Part shown: positions 29,150 through 38,656 of the stretch, piece by piece | How the letters are laid out: each line of letters starts with the position of its first letter | How positions within the stretch are numbered: the first letter of the stretch is position 1 | NCBI GenBank assembly: GCA_963702475.1 | Contig: CAVPCT010000001.1 | Span: forward strand, 192,001-256,000 | DNA: 64,000 bases | Origin: an uncultured Thermoleophilia bacterium | Lineage (GTDB): Bacteria; Actinomycetota; Thermoleophilia; UBA2241 | Direction: 5' to 3' | The notes under the pieces: model-generated | What the model was told of the DNA's origin: nothing | What the model saw: the letters and a program-made list of their open reading frames with translations, nothing else | The model's database searches: none | Made by a program: the position numbers and the translations under genes

Positions 29150-29622
29150 GGCGTGTCCGGTCCTCTCAGCTCGTCGATGAGGGCGCCCAGAAAGGCGACG
29201 AGCGTCTCGGGGGCGATGTCGGGAAAGCGCGCGGAGACGGAGGCCAGCCGCGCGCGCCAGATCTCCAGGGCGCCTTCGGCCATGGCCTCGGCCGTGCCCG
29301 CCAGGCGCACGCGCACCACACGCCGGTCACCGGGATCCGCTTCGCGGCGCACGACGCCCTTCTCCAGCAGCCGCGTGACCAGCTCGCTGGCGGCCGCGCG
29401 CGAGATCTCGAGGCCGGAGGAGAACTCGCTCATCGTCACGGTGCCGCGGTGCGCGAGGAACATGACGGCCTGCATCTGGCGGCCTGTCAGGGGGGCCAGA
29501 GCTGGGTCCGGCCTCGCCTCGGCGTGGTGCGGAGCCGAGTCGTAGAGCGCCACGGCGAGCTCCGGCAGCAGCCTTGCGAGGCGGGTGGTGACGTCGTCCT
29601 CTTTGTTCGACTGCTCGTTCAT
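29146..29622 (-). CDS. MarR family regulator
   Basis: LTGRQMQAV...ELVTRLLEKGVV...DPGDRRVVRVRL. Confidence 0.85.
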   Translation of the reverse strand: MNEQSNKEDDVTTRLARLLPELAVALYDSAPHHAEARPDPALAPLTGRQMQAVMFLAHRGTVTMSEFSSGLEISRAAASELVTRLLEKGVVRREADPGDRRVVRVRLAGTAEAMAEGALEIWRARLASVSARFPDIAPETLVAFLGALIDELRGPDTP

Positions 29623-29658
29623 TCGGTACCCGAATGATAAGGTATCCGAACTAGTTCG
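29622..29658. promoter_or_regulatory. Probable MarR operator region
   Basis: Palindromes TTCGG-TAC-CCGAA (29622-29634) and CGAACTAGTTCG (29647-29658); repeated GGTAYCCGAA. Confidence 0.45.
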
Positions 29659-29722
29659 TCCAGCGCGCCGTCGTAGCCGACGTACAATCGGGACGTGTCG
29701 TGACTTCCGACGCGCACGTGCC

Positions 29723-30442
29723 GTGACCACTCTCCACGACGACATCCCCACGCGCCGCTTCCCGGCCGTCACGGCGATCCTCATCGCCGTCAACGCGGCC
29801 GTGTTCGTCTTCGAGCTGACCCTGCCGCGCTACGGGCTCACGCAGCAGGGTCTCTTCGCCAAGATGGGGGTCGTCCCCTACGAGCTGGCACACGGGTACG
29901 ATGTCCCGCCGGCCGATCTGGTCCCGTGGTGGGCGACCATGTTCACCGCGTTGTTCATCCACGGCGGCTGGCTGCACGTCATCTTCACCATGCTGTACCT
30001 CTGGGTCTTCGGCAACGACGTGGAGGACAGGCTCGGGCGCTGGCGCTTTCTCGGCTTCTACCTGGTGTGCGGCATCGTCGCCACGGCGCTCGAGGTCCTC
30101 GTCTCCCCCGAGTCGACGGTCCCCGTGATCGGCGCCGGCGGGGCCGTCGCCGGGGTGCTCGGCGCCTACCTTGCCCTCCACCCCCGGGCGAGGGCGTTCA
30201 CGGTGTTCGGCCTGGGCATCGTCCTCCCGGTCGTCTCCGTGCCCGCCTGGATCCTGCTCGCCGTGTGGTTCGGGCTGCAGGCGGTGCAGGGTGTGCTCTC
30301 GTTCGGGCACCCCGCCGTGGCCGTGGCGTTCTTCGCCCACGTCGGCGGCTTCGTCGCCGGGCTGGCGCTCGCCGTGCCGCTCGATCGCATCGGCAGGCGG
30401 CGTTACGGCCGCGCGGGCCTGCGCGGCGGCCGCAACGTGTAA
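29723..30442 (+). CDS. Rhomboid family intramembrane protein lacking the catalytic Ser
   Basis: FIHGGWLH, VEDRLG, GAGG in place of GASG, FFAHVGGF. Confidence 0.85.
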   Translation: MTTLHDDIPTRRFPAVTAILIAVNAAVFVFELTLPRYGLTQQGLFAKMGVVPYELAHGYDVPPADLVPWWATMFTALFIHGGWLHVIFTMLYLWVFGNDVEDRLGRWRFLGFYLVCGIVATALEVLVSPESTVPVIGAGGAVAGVLGAYLALHPRARAFTVFGLGIVLPVVSVPAWILLAVWFGLQAVQGVLSFGHPAVAVAFFAHVGGFVAGLALAVPLDRIGRRRYGRAGLRGGRNV

Positions 30443-30451
30443 GCTGTCGGC

Positions 30452-31264
30452 ATGGTCGCCGACCACCACATCCATACGGGATTCTGCCCTCATGCCACGG
30501 GAGAACCCCGGGCGTGCGTGGAACGTGCGCTCGCCCTCGGCATGACCGAGCTCGGGTTCGCCGAGCACCTGCCCTTCCCGCCGGGGTGGCGGCCTCGCCA
30601 CGACGTCACCGACGACTGGGCCATGTCGTGGGACCAGGTGGACGAGTACTGCGCGACCGTCCAGGATCTCGCCCGGGAGTACTCTGCCGACGTCCGCATC
30701 GTGCTCGGCATCGAGGTGGACTATCTGGACGACTCCGTGGAGCAGACGGCCGCGGCCGTCGCCGCGTACCCCTTCGAGTACGTCGTCGGCTCGGTGCACA
30801 TCGTCGGCGACAGGTTCGCCTTCGACCACCCCGACCTGCGTGACGAGCTCACCGCGTACGGCCTCGACCGCATCCACCTGGAGAGCCTCGCGCTGGCTGA
30901 GCGTGCCGCCGCCAGCGGGCTCTTCGACGTCATCGGCCACCTCGACCACGCCGTCAAGTTCGGGCCGCCGGCGGACGAAGACGCCGTGCGCGCCGCGGCG
31001 GGCAGGGCCCTGCGGGCCGTCGCCGCGGCCGGCATGACGCTCGAGCTCAACACGGCCGGCTGGCGCAAGGCGGGGCGGCCGTTCCCGGCGCCGGAGCTGC
31101 TCGCCGAAGCGTGCGCGCTCGGTGTGCCGCTCGTGATCGGCTCCGACGCCCACCGGCCCGACGATGTGGGGGCCGACTTCGCGCGCGCCGTGGAGGCGGC
31201 GCGCACGGCCGGCTACAGCGAGATCCGCCGCCTGAGCGGCGCGCCGCCGGAGCCGCTGCCGTGA
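30452..31264 (+). CDS. Histidinol-phosphatase, PHP/HisJ family
   Basis: DHHIHT, FAEH, GSVH, GHLD, ELNT and GSDAH. Confidence 0.85.
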   Translation: MVADHHIHTGFCPHATGEPRACVERALALGMTELGFAEHLPFPPGWRPRHDVTDDWAMSWDQVDEYCATVQDLAREYSADVRIVLGIEVDYLDDSVEQTAAAVAAYPFEYVVGSVHIVGDRFAFDHPDLRDELTAYGLDRIHLESLALAERAAASGLFDVIGHLDHAVKFGPPADEDAVRAAAGRALRAVAAAGMTLELNTAGWRKAGRPFPAPELLAEACALGVPLVIGSDAHRPDDVGADFARAVEAARTAGYSEIRRLSGAPPEPLP

Positions 31265-32202
31265 ACAGCCACCGCAGGCACACTGTCGAGGGGGGCGCCG
31301 CAGGAGCACCGCTCCGCACCTTCGGCAGCAGGCTGATGGCGGTCTTCAACGCGCACTCCGGCGGCGGGGAGTTCCGCCGCGACCTGCCGCTCATCCTCGG
31401 CGCAATGAGGGGCCTGGGGTACCGCGTCGACGAGCGCGAGACCGAGGGCGTCGGCGACGCCACGCGTCTCGCGCGTGAAGCCGTGGCGGGCGGGTACGAC
31501 CTGGTCTGTGCCATCGGTGGCGACGGCACGGTGAACGAGACGCTCAACGGTCTGGCCGGCACCGAGGTGCCGCTCGCCATCGTCCCGACGGGCACCGTCA
31601 ACGTGCTCGCCATGGAGCTGGGCATCCCCTTCGAGCCTCCCGACGCGGTCAGGCTCCTGCAGACGGGCAACGTCTCGTGGATCGACCTCGGCCTCGCCGG
31701 CGAGCGGCACTTCGCGCTGATGGCCGGCGTCGGCATGGACGCGGCCGCCGTCGCCTCGCTGAACCCGGTGATGAAGAAGGCCTTCAAAGAGGCCGCCTTC
31801 GCCGTGCAGGGGTTCGCCAACTTCCTCACCAAGGATGACCCGCTCATCCGCGTCGCCAGCGCCGAGCGCACCGTGGAGGGGTACTTCGCCGTCTTCGGCA
31901 ACTCGTCCAACTACGCCGGCGGTTTCGGTATCACTCCTCTGGCAGACATGCGCGACGGTCTCCTCGACGTGTGTGTGCTCAAGGACAAGTCGTTCCTGAG
32001 CACCATCTGGTACTGGACGGCGGCCCTGCTCAACGCCCACATCAGCCACTCCAAGGTGGAGTACTTCCGCACCGAGAGCGCCGAAGTGACCACGGTGGAC
32101 GACGACAAGGAGGTGCTGGTGCAGACGGACGGCGAGGTCGCCGGCTGTCTTCCGCTCACGTGCCGGGTGGTCCCGCGCGCCCTCCGCGTCATCGTCCCGT
32201 GA
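31261..32202 (+). CDS. Diacylglycerol/lipid kinase family protein
   Basis: NAHSG, GGDGTVNE, PTGTVN and QTDGE; start uncertain. Confidence 0.88.
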   Translation: MNSHRRHTVEGGAAGAPLRTFGSRLMAVFNAHSGGGEFRRDLPLILGAMRGLGYRVDERETEGVGDATRLAREAVAGGYDLVCAIGGDGTVNETLNGLAGTEVPLAIVPTGTVNVLAMELGIPFEPPDAVRLLQTGNVSWIDLGLAGERHFALMAGVGMDAAAVASLNPVMKKAFKEAAFAVQGFANFLTKDDPLIRVASAERTVEGYFAVFGNSSNYAGGFGITPLADMRDGLLDVCVLKDKSFLSTIWYWTAALLNAHISHSKVEYFRTESAEVTTVDDDKEVLVQTDGEVAGCLPLTCRVVPRALRVIVP

Positions 32203-32224
32203 CCCGGCTCGAGAGGGCACAGCC

Positions 32225-33661
32225 GTGAGGCCACGCATCGGGCCGCCGCCGTCAGAAGAGACCGACGCCCTTCACGAGGCGAGCCTCGAGGTCCTCGAGC
32301 GGACGGGGGTCGTCTTTCCGGACCCCGCCGCACGCGCCGTGCTGGCGTCCGCGGGGGCGCGCGTCGACGAGCCGACCAGGGTGGTGCGCATCCCGCGGCG
32401 GCTCGTGCAGGACGCGCTGGCGGCGGCGCCGCGCGAGGTGGTCCTGGCCGGGCGCGACCCGGCGCACGACGTGCGCTGCGACGGGTCGCGGACGGTCCTG
32501 ACTCTCGACGGCACCGGCGCGTACACGCTCGATCACGTCACCGGCGCGCGCAGGGCCTCGACCATGCAGGATCTCGCCGACGCCGCCCGGGTGGCCGACG
32601 CCGCGCCCGAGATCGGTGTGGTCTGGAACGTGGTGTCCGCGTCGGACGCGCAGCCCACGACCCAGGTCCTGGAGGAGCTCTCCGCCTGCCTGCGCAACAC
32701 CGGCAAGCACGTGCAGGGCGAGGTGCAGCGCGCCGAGGAGGTCCCCTACGTCATGGCGATGCTGGAGGCAGCCTCGGCCGACGGACGCTGGGACCCTGCG
32801 CGCCCGTTCTTCTCCATCGTCTACTGCCCGGTGCCGCCCCTCCAGCACGAGCCGCACATGAGCGCGGCCGCGGTCGCGCTGGCGCGCGAGGGCGTCCCCA
32901 TGTGCATCTACGCCATGGGCCTGGCCGGCGCGACGGCGCCGGTGACCATGGCGGGCGCGGTGATGCAGGCCAACGCCGAGATCCTCAGCTCGCTGGTGTT
33001 GTTCCAGCTCGTGCGCCCGGGCCTGCCGTGCATCTACGTGGCCGACACCGGCGTGCTGGACATGCGCACCGGGATGTACTCGGCCGCTTCCCCCGAGTCC
33101 ATCGTCATCACGCACGCCATGGCCGCGCTCGGCAGGAAGTACAGCCTGCCGGTGATGGCGACGGGCCTCACCGGCGACGCCAACGACTTCGGCGTGATGA
33201 GCGGCGCCGACGCCGGCATGACGGCGCTGGCGGCCATGCTCATGGACCCTGACCTGCTCTGCGGTGCCGGCATGCACGATGGCGCCCAGATGCTGTCACT
33301 CCCCAAGATCCTCCTGGACTGCGAGCTCTTCCGGCGGTGCCAGCGGGTGCTTGAAGGCATGGTGGTCGACGAAGCACGCCTCATGACGCGCGTCGTCGAC
33401 GACGTGGGCCCCGGCGGGCACTTCCTCAAGGCGCGCGAGACGCGCACGCATCTGCGCGCCGGCGAGCTGCACGTACCCGAGCTGCTGCTGCGCGAGCCCT
33501 ACGAGACCTGGAGCGTCTCGCGCGGCGACGAGGTGGAGCGGGCCCGGGCGGCCGTGGACGGTATTCTCAGCGGGCATGCGCCGGCACCGCTGCCGCGAGG
33601 CGCTGAGCAGAGGATAGAGGAGCTCATCGCCGCTGCGGCCGGGGAGCTCATGGGCCGCTGA
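32225..33661 (+). CDS. Trimethylamine methyltransferase MttB-family protein (non-pyrrolysine)
   Basis: HEASLEVLERTGV, GATAPVTMAG, NAEILS, DMRTG and VGPGGHFL; no in-frame TAG. Confidence 0.88.
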   Translation: MRPRIGPPPSEETDALHEASLEVLERTGVVFPDPAARAVLASAGARVDEPTRVVRIPRRLVQDALAAAPREVVLAGRDPAHDVRCDGSRTVLTLDGTGAYTLDHVTGARRASTMQDLADAARVADAAPEIGVVWNVVSASDAQPTTQVLEELSACLRNTGKHVQGEVQRAEEVPYVMAMLEAASADGRWDPARPFFSIVYCPVPPLQHEPHMSAAAVALAREGVPMCIYAMGLAGATAPVTMAGAVMQANAEILSSLVLFQLVRPGLPCIYVADTGVLDMRTGMYSAASPESIVITHAMAALGRKYSLPVMATGLTGDANDFGVMSGADAGMTALAAMLMDPDLLCGAGMHDGAQMLSLPKILLDCELFRRCQRVLEGMVVDEARLMTRVVDDVGPGGHFLKARETRTHLRAGELHVPELLLREPYETWSVSRGDEVERARAAVDGILSGHAPAPLPRGAEQRIEELIAAAAGELMGR

Positions 33662-33685
33662 GCGCCGCGGGCCCCGCTCAGCGGC
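33654..33685. terminator. Hairpin between convergent genes
   Basis: GCCGCTGAGCG...CGCTCAGCGGC. Confidence 0.45.
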
Positions 33686-33688
33686 GGG

Positions 33689-34282
33689 TCACAGTCCCAT
33701 CACCTGCGAGAGCCTGCGCAGGCGCTCGGCGTAGTCCTTGCGGGCCTTCTCGTCGCGGCCGGCCAGCTCCTGCGGCGTGGCCACAGGCACGATCTTGAAG
33801 GCGGGATTGTCGAAGAGCCGCAGCTCCAGAGAGTCGCCCGGCTCGTACGGCAGGTCCTTGAAGAGTCGCTTCAGAAGATAGCGGGCCGTGGCCTCACCGA
33901 CCGGGAGCACGTAGTGCGGCGTGGTGATGGTGAGCTCCCGCGAGAGGAAGGGGAAGCAGTCGTCCTGCTCCTCCGTCTTGGGTGCGCGGATGTCGCACGC
34001 GGTACGCGGCACGCATTTGGTCAGGCTGGTCACGTACACCTTGTCGGGGTTCTCGGCGAGGGCCGGCATGAACTCGGCGAGGCCGGCCAGGACGCTTGCG
34101 CCCGCTTCCTTCGCGCCCTCTTCATCCGCCGGGTCGGGGTGGAGAGCGACGACCATCACCGCGCAGTGCGGGTGGCCGCCGCCGGGGACGGCGCGGAGGC
34201 GGCAGGCGACGAGCTCGTCGCACTTCGTGCACTCTCCGACGCTCCGCGCCAGCGTGTCCAGTTGTTCGACCGCGTCTTCCAT
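33689..34282 (-). CDS. Uracil-DNA glycosylase family 4-like Fe-S protein with a degenerate active site
   Basis: CTKC...VPGGG...YVTSLTKCVP...P...C.PFL; the GEAPG and HP motifs are absent. Confidence 0.7.
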   Translation of the reverse strand: MEDAVEQLDTLARSVGECTKCDELVACRLRAVPGGGHPHCAVMVVALHPDPADEEGAKEAGASVLAGLAEFMPALAENPDKVYVTSLTKCVPRTACDIRAPKTEEQDDCFPFLSRELTITTPHYVLPVGEATARYLLKRLFKDLPYEPGDSLELRLFDNPAFKIVPVATPQELAGRDEKARKDYAERLRRLSQVMGL

Positions 34283-34338
34283 GGTGGGTCTCCTCTCTGG
34301 ATGAGCCGGCGCCGGCGCGCTCGCGCCGGGCCGGCGGG

Positions 34339-34680
34339 TCAGCCTCCGCCGTCGGCCAGGCGGTAGTCGCAGGTCAGGGTGTCCGGCCGCCCGACCAGTG
34401 CCAGCATGAGCTCGTCGCCGAACGGCGCGAGCACCACGTTGAGGCCGTCGAACTCGACTGAGATGAACTTGGCCTCGCGCTGCCCCAGCTCGGTCGCCAG
34501 CCGGGAGCTGATGTCGATGACGCCGGCCGCCTGGGCGGCGACGGCGTCGACCGCGATGTCCGGGTCGGCGTCGGCGGCCACCACGAAACCGTCGCGCGAG
34601 ATGAGCAGGGCGGCGACGACGCCCGCGTTCACGCGGTAGGGCGCGAGGCGCGCGGCCAGGGCATCGGCGGGGCCGTTCAT
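34339..34680 (-). CDS. Roadblock/LC7 (MglB-like) protein
   Basis: GVVAALLISRDGFVV...VAAQAA...ELG...ISVEFD. Confidence 0.85.
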   Translation of the reverse strand: MNGPADALAARLAPYRVNAGVVAALLISRDGFVVAADADPDIAVDAVAAQAAGVIDISSRLATELGQREAKFISVEFDGLNVVLAPFGDELMLALVGRPDTLTCDYRLADGGG

Positions 34681-34985
34681 CCGCGCTCCAGGGCGGTGTC
34701 AAGGTCGGCGCCGACGGCCGCGGCGAACGCGTCCGCAGAGGTCTTCTCGGCGAAGACACGGGTGAAACCGCCGGCGAGGCCGGCGAGCTCGCTCAGGAAG
34801 ATGGTGGAGCGCGGGATGGGCGACGTGCCGTCGTCGCCCGCGCTGGGCACCGACCCCTCGAGAGGGAGCTCGACGAGGGTATCGCCGCTGACGAAGAGCC
34901 TGCTCGCCTCGCGTCCGGACAGCCGCACCTTCACGCACACGGCCACGCCGTCCGGTACCAGCTCCTTGGCGATGTCGATCTCCAC
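34677..34985 (-). CDS. Hypothetical protein
   Basis: Overlaps the roadblock start by 4 nt; TAGGCT lies 6 nt upstream of the GTG. Confidence 0.6.
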   Translation of the reverse strand: MEIDIAKELVPDGVAVCVKVRLSGREASRLFVSGDTLVELPLEGSVPSAGDDGTSPIPRSTIFLSELAGLAGGFTRVFAEKTSADAFAAAVGADLDTALERG

Positions 34986-35084
34986 AGCCGAAGCCTAGCG
35001 AGGGCGTGTGGGCGTGGCAAGACGGGGGAGGCGGGAGTCCGTGCGGAAGAGGACGCGGCGCGCCGGGGGCGGCCGCCCCCGGCG

Positions 35085-36071
35085 TCACTGTGCGGCGGCG
35101 AGCGGGACCACGGTGGGCGCCGGCTCGGCCACCGCCGGCGGGGCGCATGCCTCGTCGCGGGCGGCCGCCAGCAGTGCGTGCAGGTCGCGCACCGTGGGGA
35201 ACGACGAGGCGCCGATGCTCAGCGTCTGCCGGCGCCCGCCGATGAGGTTCGAGCTGACGTCGTGACCGATGTCGGCAGCGAGCTCTCGCGCCTCTGCAAG
35301 CGAGCGTCCGGGCAGCGCCAGCAGAAAGACGTCGGCGCGCACGCGGAAGGCCGTGTCGTCGGGGTCCAGCTTGCGTTGGATGCGCCGCGCGACGCCGCGC
35401 CCCAGCTCCTCGGTGCGCTCCGCCCCGAGGAAATCCCGCGTGTCGCGGAAGTGCTCCATGCGCAGCACGACGACGCTCAGCGGCCGGTGGCTCTCGAGTG
35501 CCTCTGCCATGCGCGGCTCGAGCACGTCGTCCAGCCGCTCCCCCGTGTAGAGGCCGGTGGTGGCGTCCACGAGCGCCGGCCGTCGCGGGACCTCCGGCGC
35601 CCTGCGCAGGCGGGTCGCCGCGATCCAGCCCCCGGTGGCGAGGACCGCCACCTTGGCGACGCCGCCGAGGCGGCTGCCCCCAAGCGACGGATCGGCGATG
35701 GCGAGCACGACCAGCAGAAGGAGCGTGGGGGCGAGCAGGTACGGCCACTCCTTGCGCGGCGAGGCGGCGAGCTGGCCGAGGGCCAGCGCGGGGATCGCCG
35801 CGAGGAGCCAGCTGTCAGCACCGCCGGCGAACACGAGCACGCACCCGAGCAGGAGCCAGTCGCAGGCGACGAACGTGAACGAGAGGTGGGCGCTGCGCGA
35901 GCGTGCGACCTGGATCGACCAGAGACCGAGAAGGACGCCGACGGCGGCGGGTAGCGAGGCGTAGCCGTACCCCAGCGCCAGCGCGGCGACCGCGACGACG
36001 GCGAAGAAGAGGGTGCGGTAGCGGCCTCGCAACAGCGCCGGGTGACGGCGGTTGCGAGACGGACGGCTCAC
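35085..36071 (-). CDS. Membrane protein with a degenerate GGDEF domain
   Basis: TM region, DATTGLY and LSIGASSFP; GGDEF replaced by RADVF. Confidence 0.75.
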   Translation of the reverse strand: MSRPSRNRRHPALLRGRYRTLFFAVVAVAALALGYGYASLPAAVGVLLGLWSIQVARSRSAHLSFTFVACDWLLLGCVLVFAGGADSWLLAAIPALALGQLAASPRKEWPYLLAPTLLLLVVLAIADPSLGGSRLGGVAKVAVLATGGWIAATRLRRAPEVPRRPALVDATTGLYTGERLDDVLEPRMAEALESHRPLSVVVLRMEHFRDTRDFLGAERTEELGRGVARRIQRKLDPDDTAFRVRADVFLLALPGRSLAEARELAADIGHDVSSNLIGGRRQTLSIGASSFPTVRDLHALLAAARDEACAPPAVAEPAPTVVPLAAAQ

Positions 36072-36284
36072 CAGCGCGCCGTCCGGGTCATGCAGGGCGA
36101 TGAGGGTACGCGCAGCATGCGAGGCCTATTCTGCACCCCCACGGGCAATCCTTCAAGGTCAAGTACAGGGTTTGACCTGACTGTCGCCTTTCCAGGCGAC
36201 ACCTGTGCCGGCGGGGCGTGCGTGAGGACTCACGACGCACGGCTGGGTTTCCCGGCCGGCCGCCTCCTATATAATCGTTGCCCC

Positions 36285-38066
36285 GTGGAACGCGCCCTCT
36301 TCCTGTCAGGCAACGAGGCCATCGCGCACGGCGCCGTGCGCGCCGGCGCCCGATTCGCCTGCGGTTACCCCGGCACGCCTTCCACCGAGATCGTGGAGAC
36401 CGCCTCAGGGCTCGCCGGCATCCTCGCCGAGTGGTGCATCAACGAGAAGGTCGCCGTGGAGACCGCCGTGGGTGCGTCACTCGCGGGTGTCCGCACCATC
36501 GTCACCATGAAGCACGTCGGGCTGAACGTCGCCGCCGACCCGTTCATGACGCTGTCCCTCACGGGCGTCAACGGGGGGCTCGTGGTCATCAGCGCCGACG
36601 ATCCCGGAATGCACTCGTCGCAGAACGAGCAGGACAACCGCAACTTCGCCCGCTTCGCCAAGGTCCCCATGCTCGAGCCCTCCGACAGCCAGGAGGCCTA
36701 CGACTTCATGGCCGAGGCCTTCGCCCTCTCGGAGGAGTTCGACACGCCCGTACTGCTGCGTTCCACCACGCGACTCTCGCACGGCCGCGGGCGCGTCACC
36801 CCGCGGGTGGCAGTCGATCCGGAGCCGCGGGAGTACGCCCGCGAGATCGACAAGTACGTCATGGTGCCGCAGTACGCCCGCGAGCGTAACCGGCGCGTCC
36901 TCGAGCGCTTGCACCTGCTCCGTGACCGCGCCGAGCAGTCGCCGCTCAACGTACTTGAGGCGGGTACCGCGGACTTCGGGGTCATCGCCTCCGGCGTGGC
37001 GTACGACTATGCGCGCGAGGCGTTCCCTAAGGCCTGGTTCCTCAAGCTCGGCATGTCCTACCCGCTGCCCTACGGCAAAGTGGTGCGCCTGTACCAGCAG
37101 GTCTCTCGTGTGGCCGTTGTCGAGGAGCTGGACCCGTTCATCGAGGACCAGGTCCGCGCCCTGGGTCTGCCGGTGATCGGCAAGGAGGCCCTTCCGGCCG
37201 ACGGGGAGTTCGACCAGGAGCTGGTGTTCAGGGCGCTCGAGCCCTTCGTGTCCCGCCGTCCGCCGCGACGCCGCCGGCCGGTCCTGCCGCCGGTGCTGCG
37301 TCCCGGCACACCGGCGCCGCCGGCCGCCCACTTGCCGGTGCGGCCCCCCGTGCTCTGCCCGGGCTGCTCGCACCGTTCGGTCTTCACGGCGCTGCGCAAA
37401 CACAAGCTCGCCCCCATGGGCGACATCGGGTGCTACACACTCGGCGCACTGCCGCCGCTGCTCGCCATGGACAGTTGCCTCTGCATGGGCGCCGCGATCG
37501 GCATGATGGCCGGCTTCAACAAGGCGCTCGGGCGCAAGGCGGCGGCGGCCGTCATCGGCGACTCGACGTTCTTCCACTCGGGCATCACGCCGCTGATCGA
37601 TGCCCACTACAACGAGGCCTCGGGGCTCGTGCTCGTCCTCGACAATCGCACCACGGCCATGACCGGCCACCAGGGCCACCCCGGCACCGGCCGGCGGCCG
37701 GACGGCAGCACCGGCCGGTCGGTCGACCTCCAGACGCTGTGCCAAGGCATCGGCGTGCGCTGCCTCACCGTGGACGCCAACGATTTCCCTGCGCTCGACG
37801 CGGCCGTCAAGGAGGAGGTGCACGCTCCCGGCCTTGGGGTCATAGTGGCTCTCGCCCCCTGCGTGCTCACGTACCGGCCGGAGCCCGGCCGCGTGGACGT
37901 GGACGAAGACCGCTGCAACCTCTGCGGGCTCTGCCTGGCCATCGGCTGCCCCGCCATCGCCACGGGCGACGGCACGGTCACCATCACCGAGAGCTGCACC
38001 GCGTGTGGGCTGTGCGTCGATGTCTGCCGGCGCGGCGCCCTCAGCGTGGCAGGGGTCGAGGCGTGA
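36285..38066 (+). CDS. iorA: Indolepyruvate:ferredoxin oxidoreductase, alpha subunit
   Basis: GNEAIA, YPGTPSTE, NEKVA, KHVGLNVAAD, CPGC, DIGCY, GDSTFFHSG and a C-terminal 2[4Fe-4S] motif. Confidence 0.93.
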   Translation: MERALFLSGNEAIAHGAVRAGARFACGYPGTPSTEIVETASGLAGILAEWCINEKVAVETAVGASLAGVRTIVTMKHVGLNVAADPFMTLSLTGVNGGLVVISADDPGMHSSQNEQDNRNFARFAKVPMLEPSDSQEAYDFMAEAFALSEEFDTPVLLRSTTRLSHGRGRVTPRVAVDPEPREYAREIDKYVMVPQYARERNRRVLERLHLLRDRAEQSPLNVLEAGTADFGVIASGVAYDYAREAFPKAWFLKLGMSYPLPYGKVVRLYQQVSRVAVVEELDPFIEDQVRALGLPVIGKEALPADGEFDQELVFRALEPFVSRRPPRRRRPVLPPVLRPGTPAPPAAHLPVRPPVLCPGCSHRSVFTALRKHKLAPMGDIGCYTLGALPPLLAMDSCLCMGAAIGMMAGFNKALGRKAAAAVIGDSTFFHSGITPLIDAHYNEASGLVLVLDNRTTAMTGHQGHPGTGRRPDGSTGRSVDLQTLCQGIGVRCLTVDANDFPALDAAVKEEVHAPGLGVIVALAPCVLTYRPEPGRVDVDEDRCNLCGLCLAIGCPAIATGDGTVTITESCTACGLCVDVCRRGALSVAGVEA

Positions 38067-38656
38067 ACGGCATCACCACCGTCGCGCTCGCCGGCGTCGG
38101 CGGCCAGGGCATCCTGCTCGCCGCCGCCGTCCTGGCCGAGACGGCTGCCGCCGAGGGTCTGGACGTCAAGGCCAGTGAGGTCAAGGGTATGGCCCAGCGC
38201 GGCGGCAGCGTGCGCAGCACCGTGCGCTTCGGCTCCCAGGTCTGGTCGCCGGTCTCGCCGCACGCCGATGTGGTCATCGCCATCGAGGAGCTCGAGGGGT
38301 ACCGAGCCCTGGAGACCATCGTGCCGGGCGGCACCCTCGTGCTCGCGGCCACCACGCACATCCTGCCCGGCAGCGTGCTGCGCGGAGAGGAGGAGTACCC
38401 GGGGGATCTGGCGGCGTTCGCCGCGTCGCGCGAGGTGCGCGTGCTCGCCGTCGACGCTGAGGCGCTGGCGCTCGAGGCCGGCTCGGCGCGCGCGGTCAAC
38501 GTCGCGTTGCTGGGTGCCGCCAGCACAGTCCTTCCGTTCTCCGCCGAGGCGTGGCGCACCGGGCTCAGCGCCGCCGTGCCGGCCAGGATCCTCGCAGTCA
38601 ACGAGCGGGCGTTCGCCCTGGGGCGTGACGCCGCACATCAGGAGGTCGCGCCGTGA
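38063..38656 (+). CDS. iorB: Indolepyruvate:ferredoxin oxidoreductase, beta subunit
   Basis: GVGGQG, GMAQRGGSV, NVALLGA. Confidence 0.92.
   Translation: MNGITTVALAGVGGQGILLAAAVLAETAAAEGLDVKASEVKGMAQRGGSVRSTVRFGSQVWSPVSPHADVVIAIEELEGYRALETIVPGGTLVLAATTHILPGSVLRGEEEYPGDLAAFAASREVRVLAVDAEALALEAGSARAVNVALLGAASTVLPFSAEAWRTGLSAAVPARILAVNERAFALGRDAAHQEVAP

Noticed and set aside
32225-33661. Pyrrolysine recoding in MttB
   Set aside because: The ORF is continuous with no in-frame TAG.
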